From assembly GCA_002375895.1 (NCBI GenBank), contig DFND01000043.1:4033-68032 (forward strand): a stretch of DNA of 64,000 bases. Reading direction: 5' to 3'. The notes under the pieces were generated by a model. The model was not told the DNA's origin and searched no databases. It saw only the letters and a list, made by a program, of their open reading frames with translations. This DNA is from Firmicutes bacterium UBA3576. GTDB lineage: Bacteria > Bacillota > Sulfobacillia > UBA3569. Shown here one piece after another: positions 60,777-64,000 of the stretch (positions within the stretch are counted from its first letter, which is position 1; the number at the start of each line of letters is the position of its first letter). A program made the position numbers and the translations under genes.

Positions 60777-61200
60777 AGTCACACCTCCATGCAAATGTTA
60801 TTGAAGCTGATCTCGAAGGAGCTTACTGCCGTCCAAGACAAGCCACGGAGCCTCTTGCCTGTCTGAGGAGTTAGTTGCTACGTCTAATTCTGAAGCCAGG
60901 CGAATGGCTCTTTGATAGAGCTTGAGCCTCCGGTGACACCCGGTCTCGATGATTGCCGTTCAAGCTGGCAAAGCCGGGCGGCGGAACCTCATGTCTTGGT
61001 GATCGTGAGGCTGTCGATGGAGCCATCGAACGGCAAGAGCTGGTGCCGATGATGGGCGAAATAACGGAGCGGGTAGCAGTAGCCACAACTGTCATTATAC
61101 CAGATAATGCTCTGCCATGGAAGATATTAGCACGCCCTCCTTACCACAGGGGTGCTGGATTACAGACCTTGAGTCACAGCATGTCTTGAAAGGTTCAACA

Positions 61201-61275
61201 GGGCTTGGCTGCAACGTAGCGGCCCGCGCCTTCAGCGAGATGGCCCCGGGTATTGGCACAACGCCTCCGCACTAA
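61201..61275 (+). repeat. Direct repeat copy B (diverged, displaced PBP 3'-end remnant)
   Basis: In-frame remnant reads ...GLGCNVAARAFSEMAPGIGTTPPH*, versus the PBP C-terminus ...GLGGDVAARAFSEIAAGIMAQRPSD*. Confidence 0.8.
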
Positions 61276-61381
61276 ATATTGGCAGGGCGGTTAGGAACTC
61301 CCGCCCCGAGCCATTCACCTCTCGGCAGGAGGGTCAATACAATATATTATGACCTTTTAGAGCCACGGAGGTGTTTCTTGC

Positions 61382-62083
61382 TTGGCAGGAGAGCTCGTCG
61401 CCAGTGCCGCCCTGTTGGTCCTGCGTGTTCTCAGCATCCTCGCCGGATATCTCACTAACAACAACGCCTTCCCCAAACCTCTGTCGGAGGAAGAGGAGGC
61501 CGAATGCCTTGAGGCGATGAGGAGGGGGTGCGAGGAGGCGCGAAACAAGCTCATCGAGCATAACCTGAGGCTCGTGGCCCACATCGTCAAGAAATTCGAC
61601 AACACCGGCGAGGACCCCGACGACCTCATCTCCATAGGTACAGTAGGCCTTATCAAGGCCATAGACACTTATGATGTCAAGAAGGGCACCCGCCTGGCCA
61701 CGTACGCGGCGAAGTGTATAGAAAATGAAATACTGATGCATTTGAGGGCGCTTAAGAGAAAGCGCTTTGAGGTGTATCTCTACGATCCCATCGGGTCTGA
61801 TAAGGAGGGCAACGAGGTGTCCCTGGTGGACCTGCTGGGGACGGAGGGTGACATCGTGGCCGATGAAGTGGGTGCCAAGTTCGAGAGGCGGGCCCTCCTC
61901 AGCAAGGTGAGTCAGCTCTGTGACAAGGAGAGGCTGGTCGTGGAGATGAGGTATGGTCTGCGCAACCGGGCCCGCAAAACCCAGAGGGAGATAGCCGAGA
62001 GGCTGGGGATATCCCGTTCTTATGTGTCGCGGATCGAGAAGAAGGCGGTGCGGAAGCTCATCAAGCAGTTCAGCGAGACCTGA
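61382..62083 (+). CDS. sigK: RNA polymerase sporulation sigma factor pro-SigK (uninterrupted)
   Basis: Pro-sequence ...NNAFPKPLSEEEE, LIEHNLRLVAHIVKKFDNTGEDPDDLISIGTVGLIKAIDTY, ENEILMHLRALKR, C-terminal REIAERLGISRSYVSRIEKKA; TTG start with RBS GGAGGTG; 233 aa. Confidence 0.9.
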   Translation: MAGELVASAALLVLRVLSILAGYLTNNNAFPKPLSEEEEAECLEAMRRGCEEARNKLIEHNLRLVAHIVKKFDNTGEDPDDLISIGTVGLIKAIDTYDVKKGTRLATYAAKCIENEILMHLRALKRKRFEVYLYDPIGSDKEGNEVSLVDLLGTEGDIVADEVGAKFERRALLSKVSQLCDKERLVVEMRYGLRNRARKTQREIAERLGISRSYVSRIEKKAVRKLIKQFSET

Positions 62084-62139
62084 AGGGGTGAAGATATGAT
62101 ATAATAAAAAAAACGAGGACGGCGGAAGGAAGGTCGTAG

Positions 62140-62667
62140 ATGTTGCGGTATCTTCGCCCCTGCCTTTATATTCGCTCCGTTCAGGAATTAGATCTCAGGG
62201 CCCTGACCGCACGAGGCATCAGGGCCATCATCTTAGACCTGGATAACACACTCATAGCATGGAACGCGGAGGAATCCCGCTCTGACCTGGTGGAGTGGGT
62301 GCGGGGGGTGAGGTCCGCTGGCTTCTCCGTGTGCATCGTTTCCAACAACCTGGCGGAGCGGGTGACACGTTTCTCGCGGCTGCTGGGCATCCCAGCCATT
62401 CCCAGGGCAGCCAAGCCCCGTCGCAGCCCCTTTAAGAGGGCTATGCAGTTGATGGGAAGCACGGCCCAGGAGACGGCCGTGGTGGGCGACCAGCTCTTCA
62501 CAGATATCCTGGGCGGCAACCGGCTCGGCTTGTACACCATTTTGGTGGTACCGCTGGACCGACAGGAGTTTTTCTTGACGCGCCTCATGCGCAAGCTGGA
62601 GGGGTGGACGTTGGACCGGCTCGAGGCGCGGGGCTGGATACGTCGGCCGCCGAGGCCGGAGGGATAG
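62140..62667 (+). CDS. YqeG-family HAD phosphatase
   Basis: HAD motif I ILDLDNTL, motif II VSNN, motif III region; 175 aa. Confidence 0.85.
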   Translation: MLRYLRPCLYIRSVQELDLRALTARGIRAIILDLDNTLIAWNAEESRSDLVEWVRGVRSAGFSVCIVSNNLAERVTRFSRLLGIPAIPRAAKPRRSPFKRAMQLMGSTAQETAVVGDQLFTDILGGNRLGLYTILVVPLDRQEFFLTRLMRKLEGWTLDRLEARGWIRRPPRPEG

Positions 62668-62709
62668 AGCGGTGTTGTCTAAACTGTAGGAATTGAGCGT
62701 TCGCAGGTG

Positions 62710-64000
62710 ATGTGTGTGGACCTGAAGAAGAGGTTCGGTGAGGTATTGGTGGAGGCCGGGGTCATCACGGAAGCCCAGCTGCGGGCCGCCCTGGAGAAGC
62801 AGCGGTCCACGGGGCTCATGTTGGGCCGGATTCTGGTTCAAGAGGGCTACATAACGGACATCGACGTGGCGCAGGCCCTTGCCGAGCAGCTTGAACTCCC
62901 CTTTTTCCCGCCCGGCGAGCTGAGGCCCCATCACCGCCTGACCCGGCACATAGGCGAGGAGACTGCGCGTAGATACAAGGCTGTCCCGGTGAAGGAGGAC
63001 GACCAGGGCGTTCTCGTCGCCATGGTCGACCCCCTGAACGTCTTCGCTCTGGATGACCTCTCCTTCATCACGGGGAAGAAGTGCAGGCCCGCGGTGACCA
63101 CGGAGCAGGCCCTCGAGAAGGCCTTGGCCGAGGTGTTCGAGGCTGGGGGTGTGTCCGCCGCGGCCGTTCCGACGGAAGACAGCTCGTCGGGGGGTTATAC
63201 GCTCGGCGGCGCCGAGGGCACCCCGGCCGTGAAGCTGGTCGACCGCATGATCCGGGATGCCATCGACGAGAGGGCCAGCGATATTCACATCGAGCCCATG
63301 CAGGACAGGATGAGGGTGAGGTACCGCATCGACGGCGTCCTGCACGATGTGATGAGCCAGTCCCTCGAGATGCATGCTCCGTGCGTCTCCAGGATCAAGA
63401 TAATGGCCTCTATGGATATATCCGAGAGGAGAGTTCCCCAGGACGGCAGGGCGGAGGTCAGGTACAAGGGTCGAACTATCGATCTGCGGATATCGACGCT
63501 GCCGACTATCTTCGGGGAGAAGGTCGCCATCAGGCTTCTCGATAAATCGCAGGCGCTGACGGAGCTCGAGGAGCTGGGTTTTGAGGCCGACGTGCTGGAG
63601 ATATACAAGGAGATGATCAGGCGGCCCCACGGCATGCTGCTGGTGACGGGGCCCACGGGCAGCGGCAAGACGACGACCCTGATGGCCACCCTGCGTCGCC
63701 TGAACCGGCCAGAGGTCAACATAATCACACTGGAGGACCCCGTCGAGTACGACATACCGGGGGTCAATCAGGTACAGGTGAATCCCCGCGCGGGATTGAC
63801 CTTCGCCAACGGCCTGCGTTCGATAGTCAGGCAGGACCCCAACATCATCATGGTGGGCGAGATTCGGGACAGGGAGACGGCGGATATAGCTGTGCGGTCG
63901 GCCCTCACGGGGCATCTGGTCCTCAGCAGCCTTCATACGAACGACTCCGCAGGCACCGTGACGCGCCTGCTGGACATGGGCGTTGAGCCCGCCCTGTTGG
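62710..64000 (+). CDS. GspE/PilB-family type II secretion / type IV pilus assembly ATPase, N-terminal about 430 aa; continues beyond the window
   Basis: N-terminal MshEN/GSPII_E_N domain, Walker A GPTGSGKTTT, Asp box, Walker B IIMVGEIRD; no stop before the window end. Confidence 0.85.
   Translation, partial: MCVDLKKRFGEVLVEAGVITEAQLRAALEKQRSTGLMLGRILVQEGYITDIDVAQALAEQLELPFFPPGELRPHHRLTRHIGEETARRYKAVPVKEDDQGVLVAMVDPLNVFALDDLSFITGKKCRPAVTTEQALEKALAEVFEAGGVSAAAVPTEDSSSGGYTLGGAEGTPAVKLVDRMIRDAIDERASDIHIEPMQDRMRVRYRIDGVLHDVMSQSLEMHAPCVSRIKIMASMDISERRVPQDGRAEVRYKGRTIDLRISTLPTIFGEKVAIRLLDKSQALTELEELGFEADVLEIYKEMIRRPHGMLLVTGPTGSGKTTTLMATLRRLNRPEVNIITLEDPVEYDIPGVNQVQVNPRAGLTFANGLRSIVRQDPNIIMVGEIRDRETADIAVRSALTGHLVLSSLHTNDSAGTVTRLLDMGVEPALL

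Noticed and set aside
61382-62083. skin-like intervening element splitting sigK
   Set aside because: The sigK reading frame is continuous and full length (233 aa, all conserved regions present). The insertion is upstream of sigK, not within it.

Overview
This 64-kb window is from a high-GC (about 63-65%) Gram-positive, Firmicutes/Clostridia-type chromosome. Sporulation and Firmicute hallmarks are present: pro-sigma-K, an IreB/UPF0297 gene, a SpoIIE-type phosphatase, an alaS T-box and recJ-apt-relA-dtd synteny. Coding is dense and mostly on the + strand. The window holds: (1) the MurT 3' end and GatD, TrxB, and a translationally coupled four-gene cassette (ABC-class ATPase COG3044, SpoIIE/PP2C phosphatase, small P-loop protein, HD hydrolase). 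(2) A roughly 950-bp ORF-free region ending in a near-consensus Rex operator and promoter. (3) A regulatory/sensory [FeFe]-hydrogenase-like module (DRTGG, GHKL ATPase, H-cluster-like protein, DRTGG, PHP), followed by an electron-bifurcating-type HydC - GHKL - Fd - HydB - HydA operon with an intrinsic terminator. (4) An ECF S-component gene and an AT-richer scar region, then secDF. (5) pstCAB without pstS/phoU. (6) A metal-related locus: a CDF exporter with a terminator-containing leader (candidate metal riboswitch), a ChlI-like AAA+ ATPase, and a vWA (ChlD-like) protein. (7) recJ, apt, relA, dtd, an MBL hydrolase, hisS-aspS, trxA with a roughly 270-nt structured leader, and an NSS transporter with an unannotated MetS-like small subunit. 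(8) ltaE, rarA, iscR-nifS-nifU-mnmA, the alaS T-box, the ireB-rhomboid-AKR-ruvX-DUF1292-mltG-PBP block, a roughly 1.4-kb low-GC insert flanked by a roughly 75-bp direct repeat of the PBP 3' end, sigK, a YqeG-type HAD phosphatase, and the 5' part of a GspE/PilB-type ATPase. No rRNA, tRNA or CRISPR array was recognised. Many long antisense ORFs in the provided track are GC-driven artefacts.
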